Origin: Candidatus Moraniibacteriota bacterium
Lineage (GTDB): Bacteria > Patescibacteriota > Minisyncoccia > Moranbacterales > UBA1568
Length of the DNA: 64,000 nt
NCBI GenBank assembly: GCA_016699385.1
Contig: CP064974.1
Span: forward strand, 259,242-323,241
Reading direction: 5' to 3'
Below the pieces are notes generated by a model. The model saw nothing but the letters and a program-made list of their open reading frames with translations. It searched no databases and was not told the origin of the DNA. The position numbers and the translations under genes were made by a program. Of this stretch, positions 56,295 to 64,000 are shown piece by piece (the first letter of the stretch is position 1; every line of letters starts with the position of its first letter).

Positions 56295-56573
56295 ATGAAC
56301 CACGATACGGAAGCCCTCTTCGGGGCTATTCTCAAGTTGAAACATGTAGATGAAGCGAAAAAGTTTTTTAGGGACCTGCTCACTGAAAAAGAAATTGAGG
56401 AGTTTGGTCAAAGATGGAAAGTGGCGCGAATGTTGGCGGAGGGAACGATCTATACCACCATCTCAAAAGAAACGGGAATGAGCTCTACCACTATTGCCAG
56501 AATTCATAAGTGGCTCAAAAAGGGCGAGGGCGGATATAGGCTCGTTTTGGAGAGGCTAAAAGAGAATCGCTAG
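56295..56573 (+). CDS. YerC/YecD family TrpR-like DNA-binding protein
   Basis: ..LLTEKEIEEFGQRWKVARMLAEGTIYTTISKETGMSSTTIARIHKWLK.. matches the TrpR-like HTH of the YerC family. Confidence 0.7.
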   Translation: MNHDTEALFGAILKLKHVDEAKKFFRDLLTEKEIEEFGQRWKVARMLAEGTIYTTISKETGMSSTTIARIHKWLKKGEGGYRLVLERLKENR

Positions 56574-56614
56574 TTTTTTTTGTTCGTATCGCTTTACTAC
56601 GATAAAGTATCACT

Positions 56615-57443
56615 ATGAAAAAATCATCAAGAAAGCCACCAACTGTGGTAGGCGCGAAGTATTTTATATCCGCCGCAGGCGGCAACATAACAAGTATTGA
56701 GATCGTGCCGCAAGCACTTTCTCGGAAAGAATACGCCAATCGCGGCCGCCATTTAATGAATATGCGCTCTCTCCATAGAACCAGAGCAATCAGGGTTTCT
56801 GGTGAAACCAGATAATACGACCCCGCATTTTGAGATGGCTGGTGGCGAGCTGTGCGTGAATGCACTTCGTGCCGCGGCTATTTTGGCAACGGGGATACCG
56901 CGAGAAGATCGCCGTGTTACCATGACGGTTTCTGGTCTCAAGTCTCCAGTGGAATGTCTCGTCGTCCCTCTTGGGAAAATACGGGACGATATGAAATATT
57001 ATGTGACAGCGTCTTTCTCCGGTATGATTCGGGAAATCAAAGTCACGGAGTACGACGGCATACGGGCGAAGATTGTGGATCTCGGTGGGATTGTTCACGT
57101 AATTGTCCCTGCTCCATTTCCGAAGGATTACGAAAGTGCTCATGGAAAAATCTGTGAAGCTTTCGGTCTTTCGGGAAGAGAAGCTGTCGGCGTGGTATGG
57201 ATTGAAGAAATGGGTGATGCAATTGCGATTCACCCAGTTGTATGGGTTCGGGATGCGGATACGTTTTTCTACGAAACATCCTGTGGCTCAGGAAGTATCG
57301 CTGCGGTGGTGGCGACTTTGTCAACGGATGGATCAAAGGATGTGATTCAGCCAACCGGTCTTCGCATGACCGTAACTATGCGAGATGGAATTATTCAACT
57401 CTCAAGCGACGTCGAGGTACTGGGTTATGAGTTTGGATCGTGA
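56615..57443 (+). pseudogene. DapF/PhzF-superfamily epimerase-like gene, apparently frameshifted (56615..56815 and 56802..57443)
   Basis: The downstream ORF has both DapF catalytic Cys motifs (..EMAGGELCVNALRAAA.. and ..ETSCGSGSIAAV..). The missing ~60-aa N-terminal strand region is encoded in another frame upstream (..AKYFISAAGGNITSIEIV..). The downstream part could instead start at GTG 56802 as an N-truncated protein. Confidence 0.5.
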
Positions 57444-57634
57444 AGATGGTGAGTCATGTAGAAATGGTAGAAAAAATTTCATGTTTTTTCTGAAAATTTT
57501 GACAAAGTACTATTGACAAGGTAGAAAAAGGCGTAGTAGAGTAAACTTTCGAAATTGGAAAGGAAATCATCAGTGTTTTATTCTGGTGACCTCTGCCCAG
57601 CTTCGAGGCTTTCGGAGTAACAGTTCCTTGTGTT

Positions 57635-58054
57635 GTGATTATGAAAAATCTATTTTGGAAAATCTACAGTATTCTTATAGCGAGCATAATTGTTGTTGCA
57701 ATTATTGCAGGCGTTCTTTTTTTTGGCGGACAGTTGCGAGTGAATTCTTTTATTGGTTTGCTTTTGGTTCTTCCGGCACTCGTACCTCCTATTGGTCTTA
57801 TCGCCTTCGCATGGGGAAAACCGATTGGTTGGTTATGGATGTGGAAAATGTTTGTATGGATACTTAGTGTTATTAGCGCTTTGGAATTTATTGGTAGGAT
57901 CATAAACATGGTAAATCAGGATGACTCTTGTTTTGGCGCATGGTGTTACATTACTGAACCGCTTTCCATAGCATTTGGGCTACCTCTTGTTATTGGACTC
58001 TATCTTTACGCCTATCGGAGCCAAGAAATTTGGAAGGTAAAACAACCTTCATGA
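57635..58054 (+). CDS. Hypothetical membrane protein
   Basis: The 139-aa protein has four hydrophobic helices. Confidence 0.5.
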   Translation: MIMKNLFWKIYSILIASIIVVAIIAGVLFFGGQLRVNSFIGLLLVLPALVPPIGLIAFAWGKPIGWLWMWKMFVWILSVISALEFIGRIINMVNQDDSCFGAWCYITEPLSIAFGLPLVIGLYLYAYRSQEIWKVKQPS

Positions 58055-58725
58055 ACTCCGCTGACTTTCGAACTGCCACGTTTCAAGATCTTCAAAAAAT
58101 CCCCACCAGCGAAAATGGGGAGACTTTGGTTGAGGCAAATACTTTTGATTACTCCATAATCTGTGAACATGTCCAGCGCGATATGGAAGGTTTCACTGGA
58201 GAAAAGGTATTCGTCCGCGAAGGATTGGCGCATCGACTTGCAAAAGCAAATGTTTTCCTTAAAACCAAGAATCCCGAATACTGCTTGCGGATCGTTTACG
58301 GATACCGCCACCCAGTTGTTCAAGAAAAATACTTTTCCGAAATGCGGCAGGTTGTCGCAAAAGAACATCAAGAACTTGATGAAAGCGAAATTATTTCCTT
58401 GACGCACAACTTCATTGCCGTCCCGGAAGTAGCAGGGCACCCAACTGGAGGAGCTGTGGATGTCACGATAGCGACAGCATCGGGCAATCTCGATATGGGG
58501 ACGGATATATCTGATTTTAGTCGCGCGGATGCTATCAAAACCTTTGCAAAAGGGATCTCTTTTGAGGCGCTTTCTAATCGACTTCTTCTTCGCGATGCGA
58601 TGGTGTCTGCCGATTTTGCACCATTCTACGGAGAATGGTGGCACTTTTGCTTTGGTGATCGAGAATGGGCGTTTTTTTATGAGAAACATGCTTCGTTATA
58701 TTCGCCGATTCGGTTTCAGATATAG
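58051..58725 (+). CDS. ddpX: D-alanyl-D-alanine dipeptidase (VanX/DdpX, peptidase M15D)
   Basis: VanX motifs are present (..IVYGYRHP.., S-x-H-x2-G-x-A-x-D as ..AGHPTGGAVDV.., and EWWHF). Confidence 0.8.
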   Translation: MNSADFRTATFQDLQKIPTSENGETLVEANTFDYSIICEHVQRDMEGFTGEKVFVREGLAHRLAKANVFLKTKNPEYCLRIVYGYRHPVVQEKYFSEMRQVVAKEHQELDESEIISLTHNFIAVPEVAGHPTGGAVDVTIATASGNLDMGTDISDFSRADAIKTFAKGISFEALSNRLLLRDAMVSADFAPFYGEWWHFCFGDREWAFFYEKHASLYSPIRFQI

Positions 58726-58866
58726 TCTAATTTTTCTCTAAAAACTTTTTGGTGAGCACTGGTAGTGATATTTTTTGGAATATGCTACAATTTCCAGAAA
58801 GATTCGAGAAGATATCTATGCCCCGTATTTGTTTCGGGGATTTGGTGTGGTGAGGCTGGAAAGATT

Positions 58867-58890
58867 GGTGATTTCGAGAGTTATTGACAG
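58867..58890 (+). promoter_or_regulatory. Conserved 24-nt motif GGTGATTTCGAGAGTTATTGACAG (copy 2)
   Basis: This is the second copy of the motif at 51150; see copy 1. Confidence 0.5.
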
Positions 58891-59018
58891 ATTTTCTGAG
58901 ATGTTTCTGATATGATTCAGCTGGAACTTATAGTTAGGAGCGGTGTTTTATCGGGATTTTCCCGATTGTAGAGGCTTTTCAAATGGACATTTCTGTCCAT
59001 TTTTTTTGACTTTTATTA

Positions 59019-59047
59019 TTGACATAGATAATGTTTCGTGATATAAA
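59019..59047 (+). promoter_or_regulatory. Sigma70-like promoter for the PurD-like gene: TTGACA-N17-TATAAA
   Basis: The sequence is ttgacatagataatgtttcgtgatataaa, and the -10 element lies about 49 nt upstream of ATG 59096. Confidence 0.55.
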
Positions 59048-59095
59048 TTAAGGTTCACTTTTAATGAATGAAGCCGTAAGGGGGATTATATTTAT

Positions 59096-60403
59096 ATGCG
59101 TGTATTGTTTGTATCTCGAGATCTATCCGGAGGAGACTTGTGTTATCGCCTCAAGCAAGAAGGGCATGATGTGAAGCTTTTCATCCGCGACAAGGATCAG
59201 CAACAGAATCTTGAAGGAATGGTGACAAAGGTGAGTGATTGGAAAAAGGAACTGAAATGGGTTGGGAAAAATGGACTCATTGTTTTTGACAGTACCGGAT
59301 ACGGTCGAGAACAGGATAAATTGCGAGCACGAGGGTACTCTGTCGTTGGGGGATGTGCGCTTGGTGATAAGTTGGAAGACAATCGGGCATTTGGTGAAAA
59401 AATCCTTTCAGAATGTGGCATTGCTACTATACCATCGAAAAGTTTTTACTCACTTGATGAGGCAATTGCATTTGTTAAGAAGAATAGAGGTGAGTGGGTA
59501 GTGAAACAAAATGGGCATGTATCCAAAATTTTCAACTACGTTGGACACATGGCGGATGGAAGCGATGTAATTGAAATTCTGAAGTCGTATAGAAAATATA
59601 ATAAGAAAGATGCCTCTTCTATTCAATTGCAGCGAAGAAAATACGGTGTCGAAATTGGTGTGGCGCGATATTTTAATGGGCATGACTGGGTGGGTCCGAT
59701 TGAAATGAATGTTGAATACAAGAGTTTGTGCGCTGGTGGTTTGGGTCCAAAGACTGACGAAATGGGAACGCTCATGTGGTACGATGACAATGAGGATAAC
59801 GTGCTTTTTCAGAGGACGCTTGCGAAACTAAAGAACTATTTGCAGGAGATAGGTTTTCATGGAGACTTTGATATTAACTGCATTGTTGATAAAGATGGCA
59901 TATATCCATTGGAAGCAACGGCACGGTTTGGTTCTCCGTCAACGCAGTTGCAGGCGAGTCTGCATGTTTCTCCGTGGGGCGAATTTCTCAAGGCAGTTGC
60001 TGATGGGAAGTCGTATAATCTGAAATATAAGCGGGGATTTGGTGTTATTGTCCTCTTGGCGACGCCTCCTTTTCCTTATACTGCTATTTCACAGCGGTAT
60101 TCTGTTCGAGGTTCCGGTGTGTTTTTCAAAGAGCAATTGACAAAAGATGAGTTGAGTCGAATTCACATCGAAGAACTTTCAACGAACAAGCAAGGCAATC
60201 TTTATATCTCTGGGAAGCGGGGATTTGTTCTTGATGTGAGTGGTGTTGGAAAGACGGTTGAGGCCGCTCAAAAACAAGCGTACTCATTGGCTGAGAAAAT
60301 CGTCATTCCAAAGAAATTCTATCGAACTGATATTGGTGAGAAATTCCTGAAACAAGAGCGAGCGCTCTTGGAAAAGTGGGGATATCTAAAGAGGAAACAC
60401 TAA
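59096..60403 (+). CDS. purD: Phosphoribosylamine--glycine ligase-like ATP-grasp protein (PurD family, divergent)
   Basis: N-terminal MRVLFVS..GG.., ATP-grasp ..EYKSLCAGGLGPKTDEMGT.., ..FNCRFGSP-like and C-terminal ..AQKQAYSLAEKI...RTDIG.. run parallel to PurD. Confidence 0.6.
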   Translation: MRVLFVSRDLSGGDLCYRLKQEGHDVKLFIRDKDQQQNLEGMVTKVSDWKKELKWVGKNGLIVFDSTGYGREQDKLRARGYSVVGGCALGDKLEDNRAFGEKILSECGIATIPSKSFYSLDEAIAFVKKNRGEWVVKQNGHVSKIFNYVGHMADGSDVIEILKSYRKYNKKDASSIQLQRRKYGVEIGVARYFNGHDWVGPIEMNVEYKSLCAGGLGPKTDEMGTLMWYDDNEDNVLFQRTLAKLKNYLQEIGFHGDFDINCIVDKDGIYPLEATARFGSPSTQLQASLHVSPWGEFLKAVADGKSYNLKYKRGFGVIVLLATPPFPYTAISQRYSVRGSGVFFKEQLTKDELSRIHIEELSTNKQGNLYISGKRGFVLDVSGVGKTVEAAQKQAYSLAEKIVIPKKFYRTDIGEKFLKQERALLEKWGYLKRKH

Positions 60404-60532
60404 CGATTCAATGATGAGGACATTTTGATAGTTCTCGATTTTTTCGGTAAAGAGGGCAGTATTCTTGTTTTTCACTCATTTTCCTAGTACCTTCTCTTTG
60501 TTAGCTGCTTATCGTATTTCTTACTTTGCTGT

Positions 60533-62521
60533 ATGGGAAAAACCTTGCAAAAAAAAGATCTTTATTGTATTTCAATAAATTTGAACAATAATGCTCAAGG
60601 TATTGTTAATGCCTGTAATATCAATGATGTTTCTCAGGGATACGACAGATTTAAGAAACTTTCTTGTGTAGAAGAGGTGGTAATTTTGCAAAAATGTAAT
60701 TGCACGGAGATTTTTATTTGGGGAACTTTTGATTTGGGAAAAATTGTAGAGACATGGAAATCTGTTAGCATTGATCCGGATGGTTTTGGTGAATCTGACA
60801 TTACCATTTACCGCGAGAACAAGTGTGTCGAACATCTCTTGCAGGTGTCTTCTGGATTGAAGAGCGTGACTGTTGGGGATGGTCAGGTGCTTGGGCAAGT
60901 TCGACTCGCTTTGACAAATAGTAAAAAATTTAAAGCCTCCGGTCCGGTTATGGAGGTTCTTTTCCGGTCGGCTAAAAAAGTAGCGCTTTTAGTAAAAGAG
61001 AAGACATCTATAGGAATCGGAAATGTTTCAGTTGGTCGACAAGCGGTAGAATTGCTTCAGAATGTAAACGGCGACCAATCTCAACGTATTCTGATTGTCG
61101 GGTGTGGGGCTATGGGAAATCTCATTGTGAATGTTCTGCATGAAAAAGGTTTTGAATGTGTTGATGTTACAAATAGAACAGCATTCCGAGCAAATAGGTT
61201 AATTGAAGCTGGAGTAGCAAGAACTAGAATTGAGTTTAGTGAATACCTTGACAAAATAGAGGGATATGATGCTGTTTTTTTCTGTCTCTCGAGTGTTCTT
61301 TCTTACGAAGAAGCAGAGAAAATAAATGCATTGTCTCATATACCAAAAATTATTGATGTTGGAAATCCACAAAACACAATTCTGCTCGCATCTCTGAATA
61401 AAAGCGCGTATATCTATTCGATAGCGACCATAAAAAAGCTGACTGCCCAGCGATATCGAGATTGGGTAGCTCAAATTGAGAAGGCAAATGAGATTATTAG
61501 AGAAAATGTTAATGAGGTGTATCGTGCTATAGAAAAAGAATTAATAAATGTGGAAGTTGGCTTAAATTTGGAACTGAGCAAAAAGAGGCTTAATAAAAAC
61601 TTGGCACATATTGCTTTTTTGAGAAGTATTTTCGAAAAAGGTTTTCGAGACTATCTACAGGAAAAGAAGGGTTACACTGAAGTTCATACTCCATATATTG
61701 TGCCGATATCAACTGATCCGCCAAGGAACAATGCGAGTGAGGAATTATTTTCTGTTCAGTGGTACGAAAGGAAGCTTTTTCTGCGACAGTCTAACCAAAT
61801 GTATAAACAAATGCTTGTCTTATCTGGGATGAAGAGAATTTTTGAGTACGGACCATTTTGGCGTGAAGAAGCGAGTCCTACCGCAAGGCACTTATCAGAA
61901 GCATGGGGACTTGATGTTGAAATGCAATTGAAAAAAAACGAAGGAATTGAAATTTTGCTTTCTGCTGCCGGAGAAATACTTCATTTTTCGTCGAAGAGGT
62001 TGTTGGAAAAGCAACTTATTGTGCAAGAGGATATTATTGCAAAAGAAATTCAGTCCATAAGTTATGACGAGGTATTTGAGATAGTAACTGCTCATATTGA
62101 TACTGATTATTCGTATGGGGATGACCTTGGTTATAGTAGAGAGTATGAAATTGCAAATCTCTTAAAAGAGAGTCGTGGCTGGGATATTTTTGCAATTGTT
62201 CATTATCCGAACCTGACGAAAAAGTTTTATACGAAAGAGGTAGACGAACACTACACAGAGTCTTTTGATATCATTTATAGGGGTTGGGAGATTTGTTCTG
62301 GCGCCGTACGCGAGACGGATGTCTCTCGCATTATTGAGAGGATGAAGACATCAGGTATAAACCCTGAAAACTTTCGCTTCTACCTTGATTATTTTATGGT
62401 GCCAACTTCGCATGGCGGTTTTTGTCTTGGAATTGATCGGGTTATTGCAAAATTGCTCGAGTGTAGTACTGTCGAAGATGTCGTATTGTTCCCAAGAAGC
62501 CAGACGCATATTATTCCTTAA
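60533..62521 (+). CDS. Chimeric protein: glutamyl-tRNA reductase (HemA) catalytic and NADPH domains fused to an archaeal/eukaryal-type class IIb aaRS (AspRS/AsnRS/AsnA-like) catalytic core that lacks the anticodon-binding domain
   Basis: Residues 1-330 match HemA: ..VVILQKCNCTEIFIW.. (compared with TCNRTE and its catalytic Cys), ..HLLQVSSGLKSVTVGDGQVLGQVRLAL.. (compared with [24 protein letters not shown]), and Rossmann ..ILIVGCGAMGN... Residues ~350-662 match a class II core: ..GYTEVHTPYIV.., ..LRQSNQMYKQ.., motif 2 ..GPFWREEASPTARHLSEAWGLDVEM.. and motif 3 ..GGFCLGIDRVIAKLL... Confidence 0.6.
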   Translation: MGKTLQKKDLYCISINLNNNAQGIVNACNINDVSQGYDRFKKLSCVEEVVILQKCNCTEIFIWGTFDLGKIVETWKSVSIDPDGFGESDITIYRENKCVEHLLQVSSGLKSVTVGDGQVLGQVRLALTNSKKFKASGPVMEVLFRSAKKVALLVKEKTSIGIGNVSVGRQAVELLQNVNGDQSQRILIVGCGAMGNLIVNVLHEKGFECVDVTNRTAFRANRLIEAGVARTRIEFSEYLDKIEGYDAVFFCLSSVLSYEEAEKINALSHIPKIIDVGNPQNTILLASLNKSAYIYSIATIKKLTAQRYRDWVAQIEKANEIIRENVNEVYRAIEKELINVEVGLNLELSKKRLNKNLAHIAFLRSIFEKGFRDYLQEKKGYTEVHTPYIVPISTDPPRNNASEELFSVQWYERKLFLRQSNQMYKQMLVLSGMKRIFEYGPFWREEASPTARHLSEAWGLDVEMQLKKNEGIEILLSAAGEILHFSSKRLLEKQLIVQEDIIAKEIQSISYDEVFEIVTAHIDTDYSYGDDLGYSREYEIANLLKESRGWDIFAIVHYPNLTKKFYTKEVDEHYTESFDIIYRGWEICSGAVRETDVSRIIERMKTSGINPENFRFYLDYFMVPTSHGGFCLGIDRVIAKLLECSTVEDVVLFPRSQTHIIP

Positions 62522-62533
62522 ATAGAAACCGTT

Positions 62534-63931
62534 ATGAAAACTTATAGAAGAAACGACTGTTCTATTGCTGAGAGTCGAGAATGTGTTGGAAAAAATATTA
62601 CACTTTCTGGGTGGGTGCACAGTCTTCGGTTGCATGGGAAGGTTGCTTTTTGTGATCTTCGTGACTTCTCAGGGAAAATTCAAGTTGTTTTTACTGGAAA
62701 AGTATTTGAGCAGATAAAAGAGGTTTCTCTCGAGTCAGTTATACAGGTTTCTGGAATCATTGTTGAACGGCAACAAAACTGCATCAATGCAAATCAACCT
62801 CTTGGCGACAGAGAACTTGTTGTGGAGACCCTTCGAGTCTTCGCATTGTCAACAGCTCTTCCATTCCCTGTCGACGATGACACGAGCAAAATAGATGAAT
62901 CTCTCCGTATGAAATATCGGTATCTCGATCTTCGATCAGATCGAATGCAGAGGAATATCCGGTCCCGCCATGAAGCTATGCTTTTTCTTCGGAACTATTA
63001 CAGTGAAAACGGCTTCTGTGAAGTGGAGACGCCTATGCTCACCAAAGGAACGCCGGAAGGTGCTCGGGAGTTCATTGTTCCTTCAAGGATTCATCGTGGG
63101 CAGTTTTATGTTCTCCCGCAATCTCCGCAACAATTCAAGCAGCTTCTCATGGTTTCCGGTATGGGGAAATATTTTCAAGTGGCACGGTGTTTTCGTGATG
63201 AAGATCAACGGCAGGATCGCCAGCCGGAATTTACTCAATTCGACATTGAAATGTCTTTTGCTGACGAGGGAGATGTTATGCAGACGGTTGAGGATTCCGT
63301 GAAAGCACTTGTTTCGAAAGTGTTTCCTGGTAAGAAGATTCTTGCTACACCATTTCCGCGAATGACCTACGCAGAATCGATTAAGAATTATGGTTGTGAT
63401 AAGCCGGATATGAGAAAAGGCGAGAATGATGATACTTTGGCATTTTGCTGGGTGACGGAATTTCCGCTTTTTGAGGAAGATAGCTCTTCAAAAAGCGGGA
63501 TTTCATCAGCGCATCACCCATTTACTATGCCACTTGACGAAGATATCCCTCGCATGAAAACTCATCCGCTCTCTGTTCGATCCACGGCATTTGATCTTGT
63601 TCTTAATGGGTATGAAATCAGCTCCGGGAGTGCCCGCATATATGATGCTAATCTGCAGAAGAATGTATTCGAGTTGCTTGGACTCGAAGAAGAAGAAATT
63701 CAGAACAAATTTGGGCATATGCTTCGGGCATTTTCCTTGGGTGTTCCGCCACATGCTGGGACGGGGCTTGGTATAGATCGTCTCTTCTCCACCATTCTTG
63801 GAGAGGGGAGTATTCGTGAAGTAATTGCTTTCCCAAAAACAGGCGAGGCAAAGGACTTGCTCATGGGTGCTCCAAGCGAGCTCTCTGATGAAACTTTGCA
63901 ACAAGCTTGGATTGAAAAACGGAAGAAATGA
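62534..63931 (+). CDS. aspS: Aspartate--tRNA ligase (bacterial type, compact, apparently without GAD insertion)
   Basis: An N-terminal OB fold, motif 2 ..FQVARCFRDEDQRQDRQPEFTQFDIEMSF.. and motif 3 ..GTGLGIDRL.. are present. The protein is 465 aa. Confidence 0.9.
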   Translation: MKTYRRNDCSIAESRECVGKNITLSGWVHSLRLHGKVAFCDLRDFSGKIQVVFTGKVFEQIKEVSLESVIQVSGIIVERQQNCINANQPLGDRELVVETLRVFALSTALPFPVDDDTSKIDESLRMKYRYLDLRSDRMQRNIRSRHEAMLFLRNYYSENGFCEVETPMLTKGTPEGAREFIVPSRIHRGQFYVLPQSPQQFKQLLMVSGMGKYFQVARCFRDEDQRQDRQPEFTQFDIEMSFADEGDVMQTVEDSVKALVSKVFPGKKILATPFPRMTYAESIKNYGCDKPDMRKGENDDTLAFCWVTEFPLFEEDSSSKSGISSAHHPFTMPLDEDIPRMKTHPLSVRSTAFDLVLNGYEISSGSARIYDANLQKNVFELLGLEEEEIQNKFGHMLRAFSLGVPPHAGTGLGIDRLFSTILGEGSIREVIAFPKTGEAKDLLMGAPSELSDETLQQAWIEKRKK

Positions 63932-63961
63932 ACAAATTGCCTTGCTTTCTATGCATGCCAG

Positions 63962-64000
63962 GAAAATCGTCATTCCAAAGAAATTCTATCGAACTGATAT
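63962..64000 (+). repeat. 39-bp exact repeat of the 3' end of the PurD-like gene (60295..60333), truncated by the window end
   Basis: gaaaatcgtcattccaaagaaattctatcgaactgatat is identical at both loci. Confidence 0.8.

Noticed and set aside
1-64000. CRISPR arrays, rRNA genes, and transposase or integrase genes
   Set aside because: I scanned for short regularly spaced direct repeats, rRNA-like conserved stretches, and DDE or tyrosine-recombinase motifs. None were found. The only tRNA found is tRNA-Arg at 32661-32732.
1-64000. GATC avoidance as a signature of the Sau3AI-like R-M system
   Set aside because: GATC tetramers occur frequently throughout, for example at 147, 527 and 901. No depletion is evident by eye, which is consistent with methylation protection. 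It was not quantifiable without computation.

Overview
The gene content and order suggest a Candidate Phyla Radiation (Patescibacteria)-like bacterium; this attribution is inferred, not searched. Bases 1-10,960 hold the 3' part of the conserved ribosomal-protein supercluster (rplD-rplW-rplB-rpsS-rplV-rpsC-rplP-rpmC-rpsQ-rplN-rplX-rplE-rpsZ-rpsH-rplF-rplR-rpsE-rplO-secY-adk-map). There is no L30 gene between rpsE and rplO, as reported for CPR bacteria. After map a strong terminator is followed by about 9.5 kb of accessory DNA (11.0-20.5 kb). It encodes two paralogous membrane-anchored proteins that share a nearly identical 200-bp segment, a polytopic membrane protein, secreted proteins, a secreted CHAP-CARDB peptidoglycan hydrolase, RadC, and a Sau3AI/MutH-like type II restriction-modification pair with a C5-cytosine methyltransferase. 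The usual infA-rpmJ-rpsM-rpsK-rpoA continuation is missing. From 20.5 to 36.5 kb the strand is dense housekeeping: GFA-family protein, ruvX, GT2, galT-like, tpiA, fba, gap, D-aminoacylase, a PP-loop-domain/MurD fusion, malic enzyme, trxB, tRNA-Arg(UCG), cbiM plus a PDGLE protein, a Wzz-like protein, a frameshifted GT1 gene and a P-loop kinase. Beyond that lie gatB, three small Cys-rich ORFs, miaA and dnaE on the minus strand, a large Cys/Thr-rich surface protein, rnhB, rpmF, nusB, rnc and hisS. A minus-strand nucleotide-metabolism module follows: ThyA-like, a Ham1(ITPase)-SAM methyltransferase-Ham1 fusion and a P-loop kinase. The window ends with a YerC/TrpR-like regulator, a frameshifted DapF-like gene, a D-Ala-D-Ala dipeptidase, a PurD-like ATP-grasp gene, an unusual chimeric gene (a complete glutamyl-tRNA reductase core fused to an archaeal-type AspRS/AsnRS catalytic core) and aspS. 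The strongest novelty candidates are the GluTR-aaRS-core chimera, the PP-loop/MurD fusion, the Ham1-methyltransferase-Ham1/ThyA-like/kinase cluster, and the accessory island with paralogs carrying a conversion tract. All protein-family calls rest on motifs read directly from the translations; no database search was possible.
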